Shown: piece after piece, positions 23,403-35,452 of the stretch
Position numbering within the stretch: the stretch's first letter is position 1
How the letters are laid out: each line of letters opens with the position of its first letter
From: Ancylonema sp.
Taxonomy: Eukaryota
DNA length: 58,054 nt
NCBI GenBank assembly: GCA_050230475.1
Contig: JBFLGF010000203.1
Span: 1 to 58,054 of the forward strand
Reading direction: 5' to 3'
Notes under the pieces: generated by a model
Database searches by the model: none
Told to the model about the DNA's origin: nothing
Seen by the model: the letters and a program-made list of their open reading frames with translations, nothing else
Position numbers and translations under genes: made by a program

Positions 23403-26400
23403 CTACTCCTGCCAGCGAGGACTCATAATGTACCCTGTCAACACCATTGTCACAAATCCACAGCCTCCCCATACCCCATAAAAAAGTCTGGTTCCAGCAG
23501 CCGGCAGTTGATCATTTATCAGACAGCCACACCAAGTCCTACCCCACCCCATGTAATATCTCACCTTGCCATTCCCAAACGATCCGTGGCTCCCCCTTGA
23601 CCACCTTCTGCGAAACCGCAATCCTCGAGTCCAGGTTCACCAAGCTCTCCACTTCGGCCCACACCCCCCTGTTCCCCCGCTTCCCGCCGCGGGGGTGGAG
23701 GAGGGTGTCTCGAAGGTGACTGGCAACCACCCAGCGACAGCTGGCAGTTGGAGTACGCGCCACCTCTTCTAGCTCTTCGCAGACCTGGAACAAAGATTCC
23801 ACGGAACATTCATTGCACGAAAGATTAAATGTAATCCCATTTGCAACTCGATTCTTACCTGCCTATACCTGCCTACGCGTGCCCATATGAAATATTATCA
23901 CAAACCGTTACACACTTAACTGACTGGCTATCCTCATCCTTCTGAATCTTCAGGTGTTTGACCCTTAGCCCCTGATCACATCCACAAACAAATAACAACA
24001 ACTAGACTGTTTGACCTCTATTTGAAAGTCATATGCGCCTACCCTCAATCAGGACGCCAAAACCTCAAACCCCAAACCTCCAGCCTGCCCCCTTCCCCCC
24101 CCCACCTGTCCATACACCCTCTCCGCCTCCTCCACCCTCCTCCTGCGCTGCCACCTGGCGCTTCCCAACAGCGCCCCCACCAGCACCAACGCCAGAAACC
24201 CCACCACACTCCCCCGGTGCGCCTCCCCCCACCTCCCCAGCCTGCATCCCCAGTCCATGTGCCGTCCCACCTCCCCATCTGCACACCTGTACTCCCTCCC
24301 CCCCCCCTCCCCCACCCGCATCCCAACCGCGGGTGCAGTGGAACTCAGTGCTTCCTCAATGATGTGAGAGTATCTTCCAATCATCGAGCTCCCCTCCCAG
24401 CCATCCTCCACAGACACGCTGACACCTGTCTCTGACGCGAGACCGGGACTGAGACCCAAAACGTTCTGGGGAGTGTACCCCTGGCGGATGATTTCTGATC
24501 TGATCTCTCCCTCGCCCACCCACTCCACCCCCCCCCAGCCGCACACGTGGCGCGCCCTCATTCGGCACACGAAGTCCGTGACGGGTTGCCGCAGACGCGC
24601 TACCTGGCGATGCAGTTCGGAGTCCTACCCGCATGCCCCACGTGCCAGCTGGAAGCCCTGCAGGCACTGGAGCTCACCACCCGAACAGACGCCGTTGGGG
24701 GGGCAGGGGCGGCATCTGACAGCTGTCACACTCCCATTGGGGGGGACGGGATCAGAGGCGCATGTACTGTCTTCTAGAAGGGAATCGCAGTAGGGGCGGT
24801 TGAGATATCCCGTCACGGTTACGGTTATCAAATGGGTGACCTGAGCTGTGGTCCAGGCCACTCCCCCAGCCAATAGGATCGCAGATAGTAGGTAGAAGAT
24901 CAGAAAAGTAACCCTTTTCAGAGCAGACAAGATCCTTCTTCCTGGGTTCCGTGAGGGAAGGTTCCGAGAAGGAGGTGTCCGGGGTTCGGGTTCAGGTTCA
25001 GACACGGAATCGTAGAATTTGGGTGAGGGGGCGGGTTGGGATGCAGGTTCTGGTGCGGGGGCTGGGGAGAGGGAAGGGCTTGCGAATAGCGGTTGGGAAG
25101 AAAGAGGAGAGGGGTGGAAAGGAAGAGTTCTGATGACAGGGCTCGTCGTTTGCACCCTGGGTAAGGGAGAGATGGGTATCCGAGCTTGCTCATAGCGGTC
25201 GAAATCGGGTGCGCGTTCTGGGGAGATGTAGAGGTCTGGGGAACTGTAGAGGTTGGGGTTCAGGGCCATCCGGGCACGCAGGGCAGGGATCGAGGAAGCA
25301 GCCCCCTGAGGCATAGGGTTCAGCGCCGAGGCCGCTTTCGCTTCCCTCATCCAGGAAATCGCGGTGTCGACTGGACTGTCGGACGCCTCGACTTTGATGC
25401 GAAAGGCTGGGAAGGTTGGGGATGACGTCATGTGGGTGGGGGTGGACGTGGGGGGTTCCCAAGTGGAAGGTTCCGAGAAAAGGGATGGTCCGCTGCCTCC
25501 AGCGTGACTGACAGGTGGCCAGCCGGGGGAGGAGACAGCTGTCACGCTCTGGCCGAGCGCGGAACCGAAGAGGGGCGCGGACCGCGGGGTGTTCGCGGGG
25601 GTGTTGGCGGGGCCCACGGGAGACGTGGGCGACGAGAATCTCAACGGTCTGGTAGCCATCGGATCGAGATCGGAGGGAGAGTCGAAGGCGGGACGGGTTC
25701 TGCGAAGAGACTTGGCGCTGCGGACGGTGATGGTCGGGTTGTCCCTCTCGAAAGCCAAATCTTCGTCCCTTGCCCTCTTTCCTTTCGCTGGATCCCCACT
25801 GCCGCTTTCGACGACCGGCGGGTATGACCCACCCTCAGACCCAGCCTCTGTCTCCCCACGGGTGGACCTTGTTTCTCGCTAGGTAGCTTCGTTGACGTCC
25901 CCGTATTCTCCCGTCTCGCGCGTACCGAACAAAGATGATGGCGAGGTCGCAGAGGGGGCGGCGAGAGACTGCGCTCGGGTGCGGATAGGTCCACTCTGTG
26001 GTGTGGGGCTCGGGTAGGCACGTGGCACAGACGTAGGAGTTGGACGCGACGCAGGGGAGGCACCGACATCGGCGTGTGGAGTTACGTGAGCCTTCTCCAC
26101 GATAGCTATGCGACTGCCAACAGGGCTCTCTGCCGCTGTGGTGCCCTTCAGAGGGGAACTAGAACGCGGTGCACTAGCTCTGGGGTTGCTGGGAGCATGT
26201 GGGCTCGGTTTATGGACGGGGCTCTGGGCTGAGGTCGGGAAGGGGGTGGTGGTCGCAGGGGATGGCGTTGTTTTAGGGGCAAGGAGTGAAGGGGAGCTGG
26301 CGTTGGTTTTGATTGTTACAAGAGCAAGGTCGAGATAGAAGCTCTTCATGTGGTCTCTACTCGGAAGCTCCACATTACGATCGCCCAGGAAATTCTTGAG

Positions 26401-26445
26401 TCGAGCCTTGGACATGTGTCGCACATTATCTACCAGCTCGTCCAT
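23403..26445 (-). CDS. MAN1/Src1-like inner nuclear membrane protein (LEM-like/HeH, TM, Cys-rich lumenal region, TM, winged helix); exons 26445-24106, 23784-23565, 23434-23403; two in-frame TAG codons, so possibly a pseudogene
   Basis: ORFs 25879-26445, 24625-25758 and 24049-24570 share one frame, separated only by TAG at 25879-25881 and 24625-24627. Motifs YCDS...CRPCPPNGVCSGGELQC and VCEELEE...WVVASHLRDTLL...VWAEVESLVNLDSRI...VKGEPRIVWEWQ match the Man1-Src1 C-terminal family. The last exon is less certain. Confidence 0.85.
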
Positions 26446-28318
26446 TTTAGCGATGCCCTACTTTGCGACCCCCACCCCGGAAAATCACCACTTTAAGATT
26501 AACAGCCTTCTGCTGCACCGATAGGGAAGGACAAAGTTTTTGACGCGGCTTTCGAGTATGACTGAGGTATGGACTTTGACAGCTCCGTTGGTCGCCGTGC
26601 AACTCTGTACGAGTCAACACGGCACGCTATCCGAAAAATTACAAGCGCAACACTAGGCGCCGCACGCAAACGTGATGAGCGATTTTACGTAACGACCGGT
26701 TATCTCGTCTGGAATACAGCAGAAACTGCAGAAACTGCAGAATGTGTAGCAGACGGAGATTGTGCTATGAACTCTGACGAACGATACAAAAGTTTGGAGG
26801 CAGGCTGTTCCCGTACACGTGTACAAAACCAGGTGGTGTCCCCAGCCCACCACTGTCTACCATTCTCCACCTCAGATTTCCCATTTGCAGCTGGCCCGAC
26901 AGGGCGGCGACACGCCCTCGTGTAATTTAACTGCACACCGGGCACCCACCCTGGTTAACCAGCTAACCCTGGATCGAATCGGCGGGCCCCGTGGGAACGG
27001 GGCAAATCGGGGTTTGAAAATGGGTGAGCATTGAACATACCGGTAGGTGAAGAGACAAAACTCGTTAGAGCGTCAGTCTCTAGGGAACCCGTGGGAATCC
27101 ATGACGCTGACACAGCACTAAGTACCGCTGACGCCGGGAGACTAAGACAACCAAAATCCTCTATGCCAGGTGAGAAATTATGGCGTGAACACCCGAATAA
27201 TCATTCATCTTATCCTGAGCTGGACTCTGAGCTGCAAGCAAAGAACGCACTGCATTCAGTATAGTAACAACAACAAAACAACGACAACAACGACAACAAC
27301 GACCTGATAATGCAGCCTCCCTTTCTTCGATTTTTGAATGAAAGTTATGTTTTATGTCTGAGGGTCCCGAAATTACTTTGTCGTTGTAGTTTGAAGCTGC
27401 TCATCCCCACTCCAATCCCCTTACTCAGCTTTGCCGTGTACACGGCCCGCGTGAGCCGGAGGTCGTACGGATTGTCCCATGGCTGACGACGTAAGGGCAT
27501 TTTTATTGGCAAAAATTTCATCCAGACTGACTGCTCAGAAACGTTGGCATTATCTCTGCAGCGACGGTTTGACCTGTGGACTGGGAGTCTGAAAGTTTCA
27601 TGCGTCAAATGTTTACCTTGAAGCCCTTACTCTTTAGGTGACTCTCGCTTGGACTAAGCGAGGTGGAGGATGTGATTTGTGCATTCCGTGTACATGTGTG
27701 AAGTTCGTAAGCTATGATACTTTCGATCTCTTTCACGATTTTTTGGGCATCGGTGTAATGAACTGTTTTCGTGTCGGTCTTTTGCAGGAGTCATGTCCGT
27801 GAGATTAACGGTGTAAGATTCACCTTTGGCATCTCCTCAAGAGAATTCGACTCCATCTTCTGCGGTGAGTGGTCTGATTATCTTGGGTTCCGGTGCAGCG
27901 GTCACTTCTAATTTAATTAAGTTTCACAATATGCTATTCCGAGAGCGTAGAAATCGGAAAACATCCGATTAAAATTACGGTCGCAATGACACCACAACAT
28001 TACTCAATGACAAACAAGGCGAGCAAAATTGTGTACTCCGTGATGATAAGCATGTGCAATTTTTTGATGCGACAATGGTGCATGGGCCCGTTGGTTCGTT
28101 GAGGGTTTTACATCATTTACATCGCCCTTTTTCGTTTCTTGATTGGAGCAGGGCACGAGAGGAGGAAGTGCATACATGGCCGAGGACGACAAGGTGAGAG
28201 TGGCGTGACATGGGGTAAATCGGGAACAATTCGAAGACAACGTTTCGCACATCCAATGAACTACCCAAGTCATGCATTACCATTCTTGAATAATCTTTTG
28301 TATTTTGAATATTCCGTC

Positions 28319-29410
28319 ATGTCTTGCTCCCAATCCCTCCTCCTCCCCCTTGTTGCCCCTACCAAGGATGCCTTCCCCAAGCGCCACAAAGCAACAGAAC
28401 CGCAAACCCGTCCCCCAAAAGAGTCCATAACCGCGTTCTTGGGTAGTGTGGACCTAGTGCTCCACGTCTTACACCGCCTGACCGATGAAGAAGACCGACA
28501 AAACGTGTCGCTCGTTTGCAAGGGGTGGAACGACTTCTCCCGCTCCCTTTCCACCTGGAGAACAGCCAGTTTCGCCATTTGTGCCTCTATGGAGGGGGAG
28601 AGGGAGACCAAGGAGAAGTGTGGGCGGTTTTGGGGAGCAGAGGGTTCGGAGGCCGGGGTGTGTGGTGACTTTGAAGGATGTATTTACGCGGCAGAGGCAC
28701 ATTGCGCGGTTCAATCTCGGTATAAGGGACCCCCGCCACTTCTTGAGGAGTTGGGGGGGGTTGCACATCTTCATGCAGCACCTCGAGTGGCTTTAAATCA
28801 AATTGGAAACGCCGAAAAAACACCAAATCCGCAAAAGAGATGGAGACGCGATCGGTGGTTTTCGCAGCTCTGCCAAGCCTCACGTTTTTGGAGGTTGTCG
28901 GGGGGAAGATAGCTTCTTTGTCGATCCGAAACCTGCTTGCGCTACACACTCTCAATATAGACGGTGTCTCCACGCGGGACGTGGGGTTAGGGGTTTTGGA
29001 CTGCCCAAAGCTAGTGTCTTTTCACTTGACCGGGTGCAGACTTGTGGTTCCGTCACCCTTGATGACGCAACTCACGGACCTACACCTCACTCCGCAAAAT
29101 CAGACTGTGAGTACAAGTTTGTCGGTGGGAAATGCCTTCGTTCTTCGTTTGCGAAATCTTGGTATTCGAAAATATTTCGTGAGTTTGTTGACCACATTCG
29201 TGCGAGACATGGTTGAATCACATTAGCTTACATCCTCATTGCCCAATCTTTCCAATATGTTGCCGAGCTTAATGAGTGAGTGCCTAAAAAACCTTTATGT
29301 ACTAACCTCGAGACGTTTTCAAGACATTTGTTTCTTCAAACCTTTTTGTTGTCTCGTCAAAAGTCCCAACTCACTTCTCTAACCCTTCATAAATATTCGT
29401 TTATGATAGT

Positions 29411-29480
<70 letters not shown>

Positions 29481-30792
29481 TATCATTTTATTTTTTATTT
29501 TATTTTGGGTTGAAGTTTCCGGGTCCCATGTTTCGCAACCGGGGCGCACAAGCGGTGATCGACGGCTACCCGCACGTCACATCCTTGGGCGTTGTCTACC
29601 TCCAACCTCCAACTCCAAATTGTGTCACAGTCACCATCGACCTCCCGAACCTCGAGAACCTGCGCTTCAATTCTCGGGATTTCAAGGCGTGGAGTTTTGT
29701 GTGCCCCAAGCTCGTGTCCGTCGAGTGCCTTAATGCGTGGATCCCCTTGGACCTCTGTGCGCAGTTGAAGAGCTTCAAGTGTGGGGTAAGTTAGGAGCAT
29801 CCACGTGCACTGCATGCAGGAGATGTCGACTGGAATTTATCGTTGTTTGTAAAGTCGTTTCCTCTCTATGTGCTCTCTACTGTATAATCAAACCCCGATA
29901 TAATAATTTTGAAAAAAGTTGGGCAATTTTTTATTTTCACAGCAAATGTTTCTTATACTATTCATATTTACAATGTACATACGCCCAAGAAAACACATTT
30001 CATAAATACTTGTAGCAAAGAGTTTCTTTGACATAGTTTTTGTATTGTAAATTGAGTGTAAAAGGGGGTGCCTCATGGGAGAGAGGGTTGCATTGTGCCT
30101 TCTTGCAGTTGCATGCTTGTATGAGGTTTTCATTGTTCTTAATTGTGAGTATATGAAGGTGATTTCCCGTACGTAGTGAACCAAGGCCGTTTGTCTCACC
30201 CCAACGCATATCTTTTCTCGCGCGTCCCCGTCCGCCTGCCCACCTGCCCTCCCGCCCTCTCCCGCCCCCCCGTCAAATCGACACCAGTCGTCGTATTTGC
30301 AGTCTGTGGGGGAGAGCCATATTGTCCGCGCTCCCTTGCTGTGGAGTTTTTTGCTGAAAGGGAAGTGTAGAGGCTTGAGGTCTCTCACGTTACAGTGCCC
30401 CCACCTGCGCAACGTGTCGCTACAAAACATAGACTTGGAAGCTTGCGTTCTTGTTGCTCCCGGGTTGTTGGAGCTGGAAGTCTTGAGCTGCCCGCCCTCG
30501 ATGTTTCCTCCATGATTGTGCCGACCTTGGTCTCCCTCAAGCTCTACGATTGCAGAGTGAGTGGTAGCACCACGTAATTGTTTTTCGATGTGGGTTTGAG
30601 GTGGTTTCGGGGTCTCCATTGTTGTTCAGACAATCTAATCTATCAAAGACATCCGAACTATGCTTGAAACATGACTAGTGTTGTTGACTAGTGCTAGTTT
30701 TGGGTTCATACGTGGGATATTCGTCGACTCAATCCCCCTTTCTTTCCATTTTTATTTGTTCTTTATTTCTTTATTATACAGCTTACTTTTTC

Positions 30793-30833
<41 letters not shown>

Positions 30834-31385
30834 AAAAAAAATAAAAAATTATTGGGAAGTAGGTGAACCAAGGCAAAGAATGGAGATTACCATCTTTCAG
30901 ACGGCTCCAATTGGGGCGCCTACGGACAGTACTGATGAAAATATAGCCAACCGGCGAAGTGGAGATCCCGCACCACCAAACCGTCACGATCAGGAGCTTG
31001 GCGGACCTTCAACAGTTGACCCTCGAATGGGACTCACCGAAAGAGGCACACTGTCGACAAATGGAACGAGTCGCATTGTCCATCCGAGAAGGGACCATGG
31101 TGAGCGTACTGTCAGCCGATCTTCTTTCGGGACTCCGCGTCGTTTGCACCTCGTGCAACGAAATTGTCGGTGGAAGGAAGTGAGGGTGGTGTGTTGGACG
31201 TGGAGTGTCCTCTTATCACCCACTTGGTGATGAGGTGGTGGCTGAGGGCGAGCGAGCAGTGGCGATCCCTGTTCGCCGAGAAGTTGGCCGACCATTGCCC
31301 GTTGGTGAAGGAGGTGACGTGGGAAGCGTTGAAAAGTGTGGAGTTCGAAATTTTTGAGTGGTGGTGCTTCATGCAAGAAGTCTAG
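28319..31385 (+). pseudogene. F-box/LRR protein pseudogene; approximate exons 28319-29106, 29516-29785, 30303-30556, 30901-31385
   Basis: F-box-like DLVLHVLHRLTDEEDRQNVSLVCKGW; LRR units LDCPKLVSFHLTGC, LPNLENLRF, CPKLVSVEC, CPHLRNVSL, HCPLVKEV. Frameshifts near 28590, 28830, 30500 and 31180; internal stops at ~28794 and ~30944. Confidence 0.75.
29413..29483. repeat. Compound (TAT)n(CAT)n microsatellite in an intron
   Basis: Read directly from the sequence. Confidence 0.95.
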
Positions 31386-31448
31386 GCAAATTAAGAGTTT
31401 TGTGGTTGATTGTTTGTATGTTATGGCGTCTTGGAGTCCCTTCATAAG

Positions 31449-31825
31449 CATAGTTGCACGGTTTGGCAAGATTGGGTATTCGGACCGCTGTCGGACCGGG
31501 TCCTGAGTCAGGACCTGGTCGGACTGCGGATATTTTAGAGTTCCCCCCCCGCCCGGCGCTCTCTTTTCGGGGTGAAATGAACACGTCGTGGAAATTTGAA
31601 TGAGGACATTTTTCTTTCATTTTTGCACAATGCACAAGCCAAAATGATAAGCAATTTTTATTTTTCCAATTATTTCACCACGGTAAACCTTTCAAAATCC
31701 CGAAAGAAGAACCGAAAGTACCTTACTACCGCCGGTCCGGCATTTCGGACTAGGAGGACGGACCCCGGTCCGGAACCGGGACCTCGGAACCCCGGTCCGC
31801 CGGTCCGCAGGTCCGTGCAACTATG
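31449..31825. mobile_element. hAT-like MITE, 377 bp
   Basis: TIRs CATAGTTGCACGG / CCGTGCAACTATG; flanks TTCATAAG / TCCATAAC (6/8 TSD); CGGACC subterminal repeats. Confidence 0.8.
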
Positions 31826-34334
31826 TCCATAACCTCTTAACCTAGTCTGTGTAGACAAATTTTGGAAGAGCACACTTGTAATTAGTTTAAACTACCCACA
31901 TATCTCGGAAGAACGAGAGGTTCACCGTGGGGTGTTGCGGTATGTGGTAGGGATGTCTCGATCATGGTCACACAAATTGAATTTTCGAAAAATGTTAGTC
32001 GTTGTTTTACATCGGTAGTATGTCGTTAGTCAAGAAAAGCTTGGAAGATGCGCATTCCATCTATCGATGGCATCTCATACGGCCGAAAATAGGAGTGCTC
32101 ACGTTGAATCCACAACGTTACACGTGTCAGCGCCTTTGCATCTTGTATTCCTAGTGATTGGAAATACGTTGTGCATGTTATTCTCATGCGGTTGTGCTTA
32201 CGAATTCGGCATCTAAATGTATGAGGGCCCTCCCTCATCGGTGCGGATGGAGGCCCAGTGTCGCCGGACCACGGTTCCACACGATACGATGAATATTCTC
32301 GACCAAAAGCTTAGAGTTGAGTCAATGATGCTAAACGTGTCGACTATTGTCTTCTTTTATATCGACCAGGATCATTCGAAGTAGGTGACGTATAGGGTGA
32401 CCACAATTATATTAAATCGTACAGGTAGGGGCGGGTTCATCTCACGATTTTTAATCCATAATTCTTTTAGTATCGGGCGCATGTTTCTTCCACCAATCTC
32501 CTCGACACTCTTCTAACGAATCAATCGATCAATGTACGAACTGTTTGGTGTACCAATGAGGATAGACATGCGTTTGCTGCTTAAGTGAGGTTTCGCTTCG
32601 GGGCACTTCAATCGGTAACCTCAAGTACGAAATAGTCACATGTATACTGAGTCAATGAAGCGAAAGTATAAGTATATTGATGTTAAATTCCCGATTTCTT
32701 TGACAAAAAGATAAATGAGACTTCTCGAGGGTAAGGTTGACAACGGTTATGATATCGTCGTCGCACATAATGTCACTAAACACATTTTGAGCTTGTCGGT
32801 GTATGCGTTGGACGCGTAGCTTGAGTGACTTAACATACCACCGTCGTTGGTTGGGAAGTTTCACCACAATCACCGTGCTAGTAGTGGCGAGAAATATTCG
32901 GCGAAACGGAACAAGAAAAATAGAGTTATCGTCCGTAATTAAATTGTCTATAATCACACGTGTCGCACATTACTAAAGATAAATAGCATGGATCATATTG
33001 GTGTTCTTTATCCTAGTGCTCGTTGTGTGGGTACAGAATATCGATTGTACCGATCGTTTGAATATACCATTTGTTCCGTAAGTTTTCAACTCGCATGATG
33101 CCCTCGTTTATGTCATCAATACGTTCGCATTTATCATTTATGAGTCGGTGTTATGTTATTTTACCTTTTCATTTTCATTTTTCCAAATTGCACGGCATGT
33201 CAAATGATAACTTCTCGTTATTGAATGCCATTATCTTTTTTGGAAGTGTAACGGAAATCAACTTTTAAGGGTGCACAGTTGAACGTTTTGCAAATTATAA
33301 ATTATGGCCTTGTCAACAAATTGACTTGCTTGCAATAAGTGTTTAACATTCATCGATATATAATTTTAATCTTCCGAAGAGTCAACATGATTGAAAGCGT
33401 TTCATACTACGCTATATCTAAGTATCGATGAGTGAGTGAATCGATATGTCATCTAAGTAACTCTAGCCAAAAATATATTTGTCGAGAAGGAAAAGACCAG
33501 GAAAAAAACAAAGAAAAAACAAGGCGAAAATGTAAGACAAAAAAAATTGTATTCGGAAGAATCTTTTTGAGAAATAATGCGGGACCGTTGACGTTTCGGA
33601 ATTTCTTCATTCCCATACACCACAATACATCAATCCACACCTATGAAGTACATAAGTTATTTAAACATGAAATGCATCTTCAAACACCGTTAACTCCACG
33701 TGTCGTATTGTTACCGCCCCCATTTCCATCATAAGCTTTGGGTATGATAACAAGGTTCATCTCCCCACACCGAGTAAAACTACCGCCATACTTTGTGCAA
33801 CATATTTGTGAAGTAGGTGGATCAATTAGCCATCATTAACCATCATCTACTCAATGAGCTTGTGGATATTTAGTTAATACATGCAGTTACACACTTGATA
33901 ATCAATAATCACAAATCAATGAGCAGAGTGTAATTATACATTATTACTACGAACTATTTCCCCCCCACGTTTGACATTGATACCCTTCAGCCAATAAAAT
34001 ATCAGAAGTGTTGAACAAACACCATGATTTGATATACCAAAGGACTCCGAGCGGCAACAAATGTATCTACGCACTATTGGCCCCAATCTTCTCTCGATCA
34101 ACTTGTTTCCAAATATTGTATTTAAGGTATCCTACTTTCCTACGCGTGTTTGGCTAGCCAACATCACAAGACATATCAAACCACAAGAAAATACAGAATT
34201 CGCTTTGACTACTCCTATATAAAACATATTCCAACAACCAATGCCGCTTTACATGTTCTTTTGAAGCCCAACACATACATCCACAAGCTTTAACAGCACA
34301 TGACCCCACATCGGTCATTGCGATGCAGCTCTAC

Positions 34335-35414
34335 CTACCAAACTCCCCTCCCTTTGAGCATCGGGTCCTGAAGCATCCTTTTCAAGGCCTTCGGTGGCAG
34401 CACGACCGTACAGTCCATGCCGCCCTTCCCAGAGCTCTCCCGCTGGATGACAACGGATCCGCTCACAAAGCGCGGCTTCGGGCCGTAGGAGACGCAGACG
34501 AAAGTCGGGCAGCCCCAACCGAAATTGCAGCCGCACATGTCGAACTTTGCCCAACTAGGGACAAGGAAACGGCATTTTTTCTTTAGAATAAGGTGAAATT
34601 TTAGCACAACATGTCATGAAAATAGAAAGTCGCCATGTGGCAACTTTTTCGTTGAGCTTGTCGGTGCGCTTTGAGTTAATGCCAAGAAAATCGGGGTGGC
34701 TTAATGAAACGAAATCGGTTTTGAACCCTTCTTCCATGAATATGGCAGAAAGCATACCTCGTTATCATCGGTCCCTTGCCCACGAGGGGTGGTATAACGG
34801 CGGCAAGGGACGTGGCAGGCTCTGGTTGCGACCAGAATCTACGGCAATAGCCTTCGTTCACATCTTGCACCTTGGACCGCAAGTAGAAGGCCACGTGCGA
34901 CAAAGGCGTGCTGCGTGCCAAATTTTGCACGTGTTAGATGGTTCGTACGCTACCCACATAAACCAATCACCAATGCTGTTAGGGAGGGAGAAAAATGCAT
35001 CAGTTGAAAGTCTGGCTCCGAAATCGAAGGTGGTATTTCAGTCTTCCTATGGTACCTGAGCAGTTCGCCTGCAGTCGTACGGAAGTGGTCCATGTGATCG
35101 CCCAAGACGCCATTTCCGAAGTACGTTTCGGGCAGCGGAGGGTCAAGACGTGAGCGCGAGTCTACAGCGCGGCGGAAGGTGATTGTTTTCGATGGAGATA
35201 TGGCGAAACCCCTCGAGCGGGTCATAAGCTGCGCATAAGAACATCCAAACAAATATAAGCCGTATAACATTTTATCGATCCATCCAGCGGATGAATCTCT
35301 CTCCGCAAGTTATGACTTAAATGACTGTATAAAATAGCAGAACTCAAAGTAAACATATGTTATTTTGGTGACGGGTACAAGACTGACGTCAAGATTCGAC
35401 GATACAAGTAGTTC

Positions 35415-35452
<38 letters not shown>

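Noticed and set aside
23403..26445. Genome-wide TAG=Gln genetic code as the explanation for the internal stops
   Set aside because: H2A.X ends SQEF-TAG and BAHD ends in TAG at expected positions, and the intact genes contain no internal TAG or TAA.
32000..33300. Short minus-strand ORFs between the F-box and BAHD loci
   Set aside because: No recognisable domain or exon structure.
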